The notes beneath the pieces were generated by a model, which was not told where the DNA came from, searched no databases, and saw only the letters and a program-made list of their open reading frames with translations. Made by a program: the position numbers and the translations under genes. Shown piece by piece: positions 37,801 to 48,187 of a stretch of 64,000 nucleotides of DNA (position 1 is its first letter; the number at the start of each line of letters is the position of its first letter). Source of the DNA: the human T2T-CHM13v2.0 reference genome, Homo sapiens; the NCBI GenBank assembly GCA_009914755.4, contig CP086569.2, positions 6,784,001 to 6,848,000 of the forward strand. The letters run 5' to 3'.

Positions 37801-38090
37801 TGTTAGAAATAAGAGCTTGGAGTCCCAAAGAAAATGAGCACTCAAACAAAATACTTCTCAACAAAGCAAATTTACCTCTGCAGAAGGACACTGTCTGCAT
37901 CAGTCACAATGGCAAGAGGACACTGAATAAAGAAAGGAAAGGGTTTTGATCTCTAATACATAGTCTCTACCTCTGTGTCACTAGCCCATGGGCTGGCGTC
38001 AGACCACACAATCTAAGATGACCCAATTGGCTACTTGTGAGTAATTTCTCAAGTAAGAAAAAGGAAAGGGAAGGTGAATTACAGTGGTGG
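37801..38090 (-). repeat. Outer ERV 3' LTR, distal part (U5/R side), left of the ERV9-like insertion
   Basis: Aligns to 51996-52285 of the intact LTR copy: ...gcaaatttac(c/t)tctgcagaagg...atggcaagag...tctaatacatagtctctac...ggctacttgtga... Confidence 0.6.
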
Positions 38091-38674
38091 TGAGAGATGA
38101 AGCCAGCTGGGCTTCCTGAGTCAAGTGGGGACTTGGAGAATTTTTCTGTCTTACAAGAGGATTGTGAAACACACCCATCAGTCCTGTGTAGCTAGCAAAG
38201 GGATTGTAAAATGCATCAATCAGCACTCTGTAAAAACACACCAATCAGCTCTCTGTAGCTAGCAGAGGATTGTCAAATGCACCAATCAGTGCCCTGTAAA
38301 ATGCACCAATCATCACTCTGTAAAACGCCCTAATCAGCACTCTGTAAAATGCACCAATGAGCAGGAGTCTAAAGGTAGCCAACCACAGGGAAGATTGAAA
38401 AAAGAGCACTCTGGTAGGACACAAACAGAACATGGGAGGGGACAAATAAGGGAATAAAGCCTGGCCACCCCAGCCAGCAGTGGCAACCCTCTCAGGTCCC
38501 CGTCCATGCTGTGGAAGCTTTGTTCTTTTGCTATTCAAAATAAACCTTGCTACCACTCACTCTTTGCATCTGTGCCATCTTTAAGAGTGGTAGCACTCAC
38601 CGCGAAGGTCCACAGCTTCATTCTTGAAGTCAGTGACACCACAAATCCACTGGAAGGAACCAACTCTGGACACA
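38091..38674 (+). promoter_or_regulatory. 5' LTR (LTR12/ERV9-like): U3 with about 7 tandem CCAAT-containing ~30-bp repeats, an AATAAA box and U5
   Basis: It has the repeated units ctgtaaaa(t/c)gcaccaatcagcactctgta(g)ctagca..., then gggaataaagcctggccaccccagccagcagtggcaaccc, then ...ggtagcactcaccgcgaaggtccacagcttcattcttgaagtcagtgacaccacaaatccactggaaggaaccaactctggacaca. Confidence 0.8.
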
Positions 38675-38677
38675 TCT

Positions 38678-38695
38678 TGGGGGCTTGCCTGGGGT
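38678..38695 (+). other. Primer-binding-site-like 18-mer TGGGGGCTTGCCTGGGGT
   Basis: It sits 3 nt downstream of the LTR end and starts with TGG. From memory, 14 of 18 positions match the tRNA-Pro PBS TGGGGGCTCGTCCGGGAT. The assignment is uncertain. Confidence 0.45.
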
Positions 38696-39839
38696 ATCAC
38701 CACATGGTGAGTACCATCGGTCCCCTTTCACTTGATCTTCTGTCCTATTTTTCCTTAGAATTTGGGGGCTAAACACCAGGCACCTGTTAGGCAGTTAAAA
38801 GTGACTAGCACAGCTGCTGGACTAAAGACACTGGTGTCAGGCCTTCTGGGAAAGTAATAACAACCCCCAACTGTTCGGAGTTCAGAGCATTGGTTTGCCT
38901 GGAACCAGCTTCTGCTTTACCTGTACTTCTGGACTGAGCCAAGGGTTGACAGAGAGGAAAGTCATTCAGCTCCGGGGTCCTGACAAAAAGTTGGTTGACC
39001 CTACAGCCATGAGCAGAACTCTCAAAGTTATGTTGCCCAAGCAAGACTGACACATCTATCCCATCTATCCTGACCCTTGCCTCCTGTGTCCTAATGCCTG
39101 TCAGACAATATTCCTCCCACCTCTTTTCTCCAAGGCTAGTCCCATTTCTAAAAGCATATCCCTGTTTCTGATGCTTTTCTAGTTTCTCCTATAAGAATGA
39201 TTTCTAGTATAAATTTCAGGATTCTGTTGCCTTCTTTAGGCACCTGGGCTCACCAATCAGAAAGATATAATTTTTCATGAAGCCCCATTTTTTGGGGGAC
39301 TATGTGGAATTTTAGGATTCCTCCTCAGACTAGCAGGCCTAACAAAGGCTATTCCTGAAGCTAGGATATGGGGTGCCTCAGAAATGGTATGCCTTCAATT
39401 CATATGATGAGAAGTGAGGACAAAAGGTGTCACTCTTCCAACCCTGGAGATCCCTTCTCTCCCTCAGGGTTGGGCCCTCCACTCCATTTTGAGGCTATAA
39501 AAGACAAGGGTAAGTTCCCAATACCAACAGGAGAAAATGCTTAGGACTCTAACTAACAGGTTTTTGAGAATGCGTTGGTAAGGTCCACTAAATCTGACCT
39601 TCTTGGTCCTCTTCATGGTCTAAGAGGAAAGGGAGGGGTTCAGGTTTTCGAGAATGCATCAGTAAGGGACGTTAAATCTGACCTTCCTCTGTCCTCTTTT
39701 TAGTCTAAGAGGAAAGGCAGTGTTTCCACTGCTGCTTCAGTGAGTGCAACTATTCCAAACAGCAGGGTCCAGGGACCATTGCAGATTCTTGGGCAGGGGA
39801 GAAAAAACATCAACAACCAAAACAGTGGGCAGCTTTTTC

Positions 39840-41345
39840 TTTCAGGTAGGAAACACTCAGGCATCAACAGGCTCATCCCTGAAATGCATCCTAAGCCCTT
39901 GGGACAAATTTGACCCACAAACCCTGAAAAAGAAGTGGCTTAATTTTTTTCTGCACTATGGCCTGGCCCCAAAATTCTCTCTGATGGGGAAAAATGGCCA
40001 CCCGAGGGAAGTATAAATTACAATACTATACTGCAACTTGACCTTTTCCGTAAGAGGGAAGGTAAATGGAGTGAAAAACTTATGTCCAAACTTTCTCTTC
40101 ACTGAAGGATAATCCACAACTATGCAAAGCTTGCAATCTACATCCCACAGGAGGATGTCTCAGCTTACCTCCATATCCTAGCTTCCCTACAGCTCAACTT
40201 CCTATTAATGATAATCCTCCTCTAATCTCCTCCACCCAGAAGGAAACAAGCAAAGAAATCTCCAAGGGACCACAAAAGCCCCTGGGCTGTCAGTTATGTC
40301 CCTTCAAGCTGTAGGGGGAGGGGAATTTGGCCCAACCCGGATACATGTCCCCTTCTCCCGCTCTGATTTAAAGCAGATCAAGGTAGATATGGGGAAGTTT
40401 TCAGATGATCCTGATAGGTATATAGATATCCTACAGGGTGTAGGGCAAAACTTTGACCTCACTTGGAGAGATCTCATGCTATTGTTAGATCAAACCCTGG
40501 CCTTTAATAAAAAGAATGCAGCTTTAGCTGCAGCTGGAGAGTTTGGAGATACCTTGTATCTGAGTCAAGTAAATCATACAATGACCGACGAAGAGATGGA
40601 CAAATTCCCTGCTGGTCAGTAAGCCATCCCCAGTATGGATCCCCACTGAGTCCTAGACTCAGATCATGGGGACTGGAGCTGCAAACATCTGTTGACCTGT
40701 GTTCTAGAAAGACAAAGGAGAATTAAGAAAAACTCAATGAATTATTCAATGATGTCCACCATAACTCAGTGAAAGGAAGAAAATTCTACCAACTTCCTTG
40801 AGCAGCTACAGGAGGCCTTAAGAAAATATCCTCCTCTGTCATCTGACTCCCTTGAGGGTCAGTTCATCCTCAAAGGTAAGTTTATTACCCAATCAGCCAG
40901 AGATATCAGAAGAAAGCTCCAAAAGTGAGCCCTGGGCCCTGAACAAAATCTGGAGGTATTATTAAACCCAGCAAACTTGGTGTTCTATAATAGGGACAAA
41001 GAGGAACAGGCCGAACAGGAAAAGTGAGATATGAGAAAGGCCACAGCCTTAGTCATGGCCCTCAGAAAAACAAAACTTGGTGGTTCAGAGAGGACAGAAA
41101 AATGGAACAGGCTAATCAACCAGTAGGGCTTCTTATCAGTGTGATGTGCAAGGACACTTTAAACAAGTTGTCCAGTGAGAAACAAGCCACCCCCTCTTCC
41201 ATGTCCATTATGCCAAGGCAATCACTGGAAGGTGCACTGCCCCAAAGGAGAAAGGTTCTCTGGGCCAAAAGCCCCCAACCAGGTGATCCAATAGCAAGAC
41301 TGAGGGTCCCTGAGGCAAGCAACAGTTCATGTCATCACCCTCACT
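39840..41345 (+). pseudogene. gag (MA-p12-CA-NC) remnant
   Basis: GNTQASTGSSLKCILSPWDKFDPQTLKKKW is MA-like with a lost ATG. The capsid ORF 40296-40622 (...QGVGQNFDLTWRDLMLLLDQTLA...) follows. The NC CCHC knuckle CPLCQGNHWKVHCP is at ~41200. Several stops are present. Confidence 0.7.
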
Positions 41346-44300
41346 GAGCCCTCAGGTAAATTTAACCATTGAGGGCCAGAAAAGTGACTTCCTCCTGGAC
41401 ACTGGTGTGGTCTTCTCAATGTTAATCTCCTGCCCTGGACAGCCATCCTCAAGGTCCTTTACCATCTGAGGAATCCTGGGACAGCCTGTAAACAGGTGTT
41501 TCTCCCAACTCTTCAGCTGTAATTGGGACATTTTGCTCCTTTCACATGCCTTCCTTGTTATGCCTGAAATTCCCACACCCTTATTAGGGAGGGACATATT
41601 TACCAGAGCTGGAATTATTATCTATATGACTATGGGGAACAAGTTAGACATTTGTTGTCCCCTACTTGAAGAAGCAATCAACAATGAAGTCTGGGCACTG
41701 GAAGGACAATTTGAATGGCAAAAAAATGTCCAACCAGTCCAAATCAGGCTAAAAGACCCCACCACTTTTCCTTATCAAAGGCAATATCCCTTAAGGCCTG
41801 AAGCTCATAAAGGATTACAGGATATTGTTAGACATTTAAAAGTTCAAGGCTTAGGAAGAAAATGCAGCAGTTCCTGCAAAATCCCAATTCTAGAATTGCA
41901 AAAACCCAGTCAGTGGAGATTAGTGCAAAATCTTAGACTCATTAATGAGGCAGTAATTCCTCTATATCCAGTTGTTCCCAACCCCTATACCATGCTCTCT
42001 CAAACACCAGAGGAAGCAGAATAGTTCATTGTTCTGGACCTCAAGGGTGCCTTCTTCTGCATTCCCCTGCACTCTGAGTTCCAGTGTCTCTTTGCCTTTG
42101 AGAATCCCACAGACCACATGTCCCAATTTACATGGACGGTCTTGCCTCAAGGGTTTAGAGATAGCCCTCATTTGTTTGGTTAGGCACTGGCCCAAGATCT
42201 AGGCCACTTCTCAAGTCTAGGCACTCTGTTCCTTCACTATGTGGGTGATTTAATTTGGCTACCAGTTCAGAAGTCTCATGCCAGCAGGCTACCCTAGATC
42301 TCTTGAACTTTCTAGCTAACCAGGAGTACAAGGTATCTAAATTGAAAGCCCAGCTCTGCCTACAATAAGTCAAATATCTAGGCCTAATTTTAGGCCGAGG
42401 AATCAGGGCCCTCAGCAAGGAATGAATACAGCCTGTACTGGCTTATGCTTGCCCTAAGACATTAAAACAGTTGTGCGGGTTCCTTGGGATCACTGGCTTT
42501 TGCCAACTATATATCACCAGATACAGCAAGATGGCCAGGCCACTGTATGATCAAGGAGACCCAGAGGGAAAATACTCATCTAGTAGAATGGGAAACAGAG
42601 GCAGAAACAGCCTTCAAAACCTTAAAGCAGGCCCTAGTACAAGCTCCAGCCTTAAGCTTTCCCACAGGACAAAACTTCTCTTTATATGGCACAGAGAGAA
42701 TAAGAGTAGCTCTTGGAGTCCTTACTCAGACTCATGGGGCAATCCCACAATCAGTGGCATACCTAAGTAACAAAATTGATGTAGTAGCAAAAGGCTGGCC
42801 TCACTGCTTATGGGCAGTTGCAGTGGTGGCTATCTTAGTATCAGAGGCTATCAAAATAATACAAGGAAACGATCTCACTGTCTGGACTACTCATGATGTA
42901 AATGGCAAAATAGGTGCCAAAGGAAGTTTATGGCTATCAGACAGCTGCCTGCTTAGATACCCTCCTTGAGGGACTGGCACTTCAAATACACATATGTGCA
43001 GCCCTCCACCATGCCACTTTTCTCCCAGAGGTTGGGAAACCAATTGAGCATGACTGCCAACAAATTGTAGCCCAGACTTATGCTACCCGAGAGGATCTTT
43101 TAGAAGTCCCCTTAGCTAATCCTGACCTTAACCTATATACTGATGGAAGTTCATTTGTGGTGAATGGGATACAAAGGGCAGGTTATGCCATAGTTAGTGA
43201 TGTAACAGCACTTGAAAGTAAGCTTCTTTCCCCAGGGACCAATGCCCAGTTAGTAAAACTAGTGGCACTTACCTGAGCCTTAGAACTGGGAAAGGGAAAA
43301 AGAATAAATGTGTGTGCAGATAGAAAATATGCTTATCTAATCCTACATGCCCATGCTGCAATATGGAAAGAAAGGGAGTTCCTAACCTCTGGGGGAACCC
43401 CCATTAAATAGCACAGGGAAATCATAAAGTTATGTGCAAAAACCCAAGGATGTGGCAATCTTACACTGCCAAAGCCATCAAGAAGGTGAAGGAGAAAAGG
43501 CAGAAAAGGCCATCGGGCAGATGCTGAGGCCAAAACTGCTGCCAGGCAGAACCTCCCATTGTAAATACTTATGGAAGAACTCTTGGTATGGAACAACCAT
43601 CTCCAAGAGATTAAGCCCCAGTATTCCCTTATGAAACAGAATGGGGACTTTCACATGGGCATAGTTTTCTGCCCTTGGGGTGGTTAAAGACAGAAGAGGG
43701 AAAGGTACTCATACCCAAAGCCAGAAAGTGGAAAATATTTAAGACCCTCCACCAAACTTTTCATATGGGTACTGAGAACACTCACCGAATGGCCAAATCC
43801 CTATTTACAGGCCCAAATCTCCTCTGGACCATCCAACAAGTAGTCAAAGCCTGTGAGGTGTGCCAAAGGAATAATCCCTTGGTCTATCATAAGGCTCCTC
43901 TGAGGAACAAAGAATTTGTCACTATCCTGGAGAGGACTGGCAGTTAGAGTTCACCCATATGCCTTAGTCAAGGGGATTTCAATACTTGTTGGTCTGTGTT
44001 GATACCTTTACAAACTGGATAGAAGCCTTCTCCTTCAAGACAGAGAAGGCTCAAGAAGTGGTTACTGTCCTAATTCATGAAATAATTCCTAAATTTGGGC
44101 TTCCCCAAAGTTTACCAAGAATACCCTAACAGGATGTGCAATCCAGCTTTTATGCTGTTACATTGCCAACCTTACCTATTACACAAGCAGCGAAAAGCCC
44201 ATATACGACCCTGTAACCCTGAATACCATCTTAACTCTCCAAGCCCCTTGGTGCATCCAATGCAACCTGTTATCAGGCTTGTCCCTGGGGCACCTACTAT
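41346..44300 (+). pseudogene. pro-pol (protease, RT, RNase H, integrase) remnant
   Basis: The protease motif FLLDTGVVFSM has its DTG at 41398-41406. RT shows PYQRQYPLRPEAHKGLQ..WRLVQNLRLINEAV, and YVDD is degraded to YVGD at 42238-42249. The integrase HHCC motif reads HQTFHMG...CEVCQ at 43750-43870. There are multiple frameshifts. Confidence 0.75.
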
Positions 44301-45560
44301 CCCATCTGTGTAATTACACCCTACAACTTCAAGCTCCAATTGATCATAGTAACTTCCGAGTCACACAAACAGCTCCATTCAGATGGCTTGCCCATTTCTA
44401 AGAGCCTCCAAAAATCATCACCTCCTCCATGCTTAACAAACAGTCCAGGTTTTATAATGGTAAACAAACTCCCTGCATGACGTTTCACCCCTGGACCCCC
44501 TGCAGCAGTACCCGCACCAGTAGTGAATACCTTCTCATCCCCTCTTTCAATTACTCCTTTAAATGGTTCCTAGTAGATACAAAATAGTTTTTTCTCCAAT
44601 GGGAAAATAGAACTCAGTTTTCTCCCAACACCCCTTTCCAGACAATAATTGGAGCTACCTTGGCAAGTACTCTCCTTTTTAACATACACAACCAGTTCTG
44701 TCTACCCAGCCAAGGCATATTCTTCTTATGTGGAACTTCAACCTGTATCTGCCTCCCCACCAAATGGACAGGCACCTGCACCTTAGTCTTCCTAAGTCCC
44801 AGCATTGACTTTGCCCCAGGAAATCAGACCCTATCAGTGTCCCTCAAAGCTCATGTCCATCAGCACAGGGCCATACAACTAATTCCCCCACTTATAGGGT
44901 TAGGAATGGCCACTGCTACAGGAACTGGAATAGCCGGTTTATCTACTTCATTATTCTACTACCACACACTCTCAAAGGATTTCTCAGACAGTTTGTAAGA
45001 AATAACAAAATATGTTTATTCTACAATCCCAAATAGACTTTTTGGCAGCAGTGACTCTCCAAAACCGCTGAGGCCTAGACCTCCTCACTGCTGACAAAGG
45101 AGGACTTTGCACCTTCTTAGGGGAAAAGTGTTGTTTTTACACTAACCAGTCAGGGATAATATGAAATGCCACCCAGCATTTACAGGAAAAGGCTTCTGAT
45201 ATCAGACAACACCTTTCAAACTCTTATACCAAACTCTGGAGTTGGGTGACAGGGCTTCTCTCCTTTCTAGGTCCCATGACAACCATCATGCTATTACTCA
45301 CCTGTGAGCCCTGTATTTTTAACCTCCTTGTCAATTTTGTTTCCTCCAGGATTGAGGCCATCAAGCTACAGATGGCCTTACAAATGGAACCCCAAATAAG
45401 CTCAACTCACAACTTCTACTGAGGACTTTGGATGGATCCACTGGCCCTTTGACTGTCTTAGAGAGTTCCCCTCTGGAGGACACTGCAACTTTAGGGCCAT
45501 TTCTCCACCCCTATCCAGCAGGAAGTAGCTACAGCTGTCATTGCCCTATTCCCAACAGCA
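44100..45560 (+). pseudogene. env (SU-TM) remnant
   Basis: Fusion-peptide-like AIQLIPPLIGLGMATATGTGIAGLSTSLFYYHTLS at 44860-44970. The immunosuppressive-domain and CX6CC motifs read [32 protein letters not shown] at ~45050-45150. TM anchor ...FLGPMTTIMLLLTCEPCIFNLLVNFVSSRIEAIKLQM. Overall similar to HERV-W/ERV9 env. Confidence 0.7.
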
Positions 45561-45577
45561 GTTGGAGTGTCCTGTTT

Positions 45578-45588
45578 AGAGGGGGGAT
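45578..45588 (+). other. Polypurine tract (agaggggggat) directly upstream of the 3' LTR
   Basis: Purine run abutting the LTR start TG at 45589. Confidence 0.6.
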
Positions 45589-46100
45589 TGAAAGGTGAAG
45601 CCAGCTGGACTTCCTGGGTCAAGTGGGGGACTCGGAGAACTTTTCTGTCTTACAAGAGGATTGTAAAATGCATCAGTCAGTGCTCTGTAGCTAGCAAGGG
45701 GATTGTAAAATGCACAAATCAGCACTCTGTAGCTAGCAAGGAGATTGTAAAATGCATCAATAGCACTCTGTAAAATGCATCAATCAGTGGGGGTCTAAAA
45801 GTAGCTAATTGCAGGGAGGACTGAAAAAAGGGCACTCTGATAGGACAGAAATGGTACATGGGAGGGGACAAATAAGGGAATAAAAGCTGGTCACCCCAGC
45901 CAGCTGTGTCAACCTGCTTGGGTCCTCTTCCATGCTGTGGAAGCTTTGTTGTTTTGCTCTTCATGATAAACCTTGCTACTGCTCACCCTTTGTATCCTGT
46001 GCCATCTTTAAGGTAGCAACACTCACTGCGAAGGTCCTTGGCTTCATTCTTGAAGTCAGCGAGACTACGAACCCACCAGAAGGAACCAACTCCAGACACA
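45589..46100 (+). promoter_or_regulatory. 3' LTR (LTR12/ERV9-like) with about 5 CCAAT-containing repeats (two fewer than the 5' LTR)
   Basis: Collinear with the 5' LTR. It ends ...gaaccaactccagacaca and is followed by GTGG. Confidence 0.8.
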
Positions 46101-46304
46101 GTGGGATGTGTGGTTTTGGCAGAAGGAATGGTGCAGAATGAGTAACCAAGGGAATAGATGTGAGTCATTGATTAGCGCTGATGGGAAGGTTGTTTACAGT
46201 AACTGGGGGCAAGGAGACACAGAGAAAAAGAAAGGTTTGGGAACAAAGAACAAGAAAGTTAACAGGCTAAAACGTTTGAAGAGAAATTTTATTGTATCTT
46301 ACAA
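46101..46304 (-). repeat. Outer ERV 3' LTR, proximal part (U3 side), right of the ERV9-like insertion
   Basis: gtgggatgtgtggttttggcagaaggaatggtgcagaatgagtaaccaagggaatagatgtgagtcattgattagcgctgatgggaaggttgtttacagtaactggggg... aligns to 52282-52478. Confidence 0.6.
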
Positions 46305-48187
46305 TTCCCCCTTTGTAATTTTTACAGTCCTTCCTCTTCAAACCTTTTTAACATGTCCTGACTTTGCTGTTTAACTTGATCCTTTAAAAGGAAAAGCTTT
46401 TCTGAATAAGGTGGAGGAGAACCAAGGGAGGTTTTAGTAAGTGCTATTTCTATAAGCCTTTGTGCTAGCCCACGGATGCATGGTATGACACAACATCCAA
46501 CAAGAATGAGTACACTTATGACTGCAAAAGAAGTAAGAACTGAGTCTCTGATTACTTTCCATTTAGCAAAGCGTCTTTCTAGACATCCTGAAAAATGGTT
46601 ATCAATTTCCAGGATTTCTAGCTAGTTCATTGGATAAAGTGGTAAGTCCTTGTAAGTCCCTTGTTATGCTTCCATCGGTGGCAATATTGTTTGGGATGAA
46701 GGTACAACATTGGGTTTTAATCATAATGCAAACTCCACTTTTTCAGCTAACATCATGTGTAGGGCCATTCTGTTTTCCCAAGCCATTTGGCTAGATGGCC
46801 CTAATTGCTCAACTATTCCTTTAATGGCATCCCTAGTATAATTGACAAATCATTGTTGGTTATAGTAGTTATAATTTATCTAATCTACATTTTTATTAAC
46901 AGTTACCCACCAGAACAAGGATTCAAGCTCTGCAGCTATTTGGTTTTAAGCTTTAAATTTATCTGGTACCCCTCATGTGTCCCCAGTAGCATTTATTTAA
47001 TGTGAGGGTCAAAAGATTCATGTGGAACACTTCTTTTTGTCTGATTCTCTTTTTTATTATGCTGATGGAATGCCAGGGTGAAAGATATGACCAATTGGAC
47101 CAGAGCACAAGTGATGCTCCAGTTATTTGGCAGAGTATTACTATTTAGGTAATAGCAGTCCACCACAATATCACTATATATCTGCTTGGGAATAGACAAG
47201 GGCAGTTTGACTGGTAAGTTCTTGGAAAGACTTGGTTTCACTATACTTTGTCAGGACTCCAAGGGACATTAATCTTTCCCCTACCGTGAGAGACATGAGG
47301 CTGGATGGCTCTCTGGGGCTGACCCACAGAGTCCTTACCTTGAGGGAATAGCAGAGAGAATCTTGCATGCCTCATTATACCAGGCTGTGGGATTTTGAAA
47401 GACACTCACCATGCAGCTCATGCCCAGTTGTTTAGAAGACCATCCAAGTGGGAAGAGGACTATCTGGGCCTCTGTCCTGCCTGCCACACAAGTGTAATAT
47501 TCACTTTTGTTAAACGTGTGAAAAGATATTTAATCCATTCCAGCCAGGCATTTACATATTGGAATCCTGTTTTAACTGCTAAAGTTTGTTTTAAATATTT
47601 AACTTCTACAATGTCTAGTTTGATGTTGCCATTGGGTAGGGAAGGGTTAAGAGGTCTAGAAGGATACATAGATTCTTGCTGGGGAGGTCCAACCCTGATT
47701 TTTGGTAATCCATAGAACATTAGACCAGCTATGGCAGAGAAGTTTTGTTCTTGGAGGATAAGATTTCCAGCTAACAGAAACTTTTCCAGAACCTTTCCAG
47801 TCTAAAGGAGTCCAGCTAACAGAATCTACCCAGTCTGAGGAGCTTTACAGAGGGCAGAGATACTTCTCTGAATTAAAGAGCTGCATTTGACTTTGCATGA
47901 CTCCACAAGGTGTAATAGGAGAAGCATCAAAACTAATGGTTTGAAATGGGCTTGATCTAATTACATTAATCATAAGATGGGGGGTCATCTAAGGGAAAGA
48001 GAAGGAGAGAGAGACAGACAGATTAGGCTTTTCTCTTTAACGTTACTCTGGTGGAGGCTGGTCCTGAGATGACGGTCCATTTTTTTTTTCTTGCTGTGGA
48101 AGTTACTCCTTTTACCCATGTGTGATTTGTCCATCCCCTTTTGGTTGTGCAGACAGTGGTCTCTGTAGTCAACAGAACAATTTAGGG
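46305..48187 (-). pseudogene. Outer ERV internal region, 3' part (IN C-terminus and env remnant with TM membrane anchor and cytoplasmic tail)
   Basis: Minus-sense translation of 46310-46560 gives ...RFAKWKVIRDSVLTSFAVISVLILVGCCVIPCIRGLAQRLIE...LGSPPPYSEKLFLLKDQVKQQSQDML. That reads as a hydrophobic span plus a tail ending just before the PPT. Confidence 0.4.

Larger units (their letters stand above)
38091..46100 (+). mobile_element. ERV9/HERV-W-group (class I, gamma-like) endogenous retrovirus provirus. LTR12-like LTR, then gag-pro-pol-env, then LTR. 8.0 kb, non-coding
   Basis: Paired LTRs start tga(g/a)ag(a/g)tgaagccagctgg and end ...ggaaccaactc(t/c)(g/a)gacaca. A PBS-like 18-mer follows the 5' LTR and a PPT precedes the 3' LTR. 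Gag carries a CCHC knuckle, pro has DTG, RT and IN HHCC are present, and env has an ISD and CX6CC. A 4-bp GTGG duplication flanks the element. Confidence 0.85.

Noticed and set aside
38091-46100. Classifying the provirus as HERV-P/HERVIP on the strength of the Pro-like PBS
   Set aside because: The LTR architecture and the env are ERV9/HERV-W-group-like, and the PBS is degenerate (14 of 18). It is left as ERV9-group with the PBS flagged.
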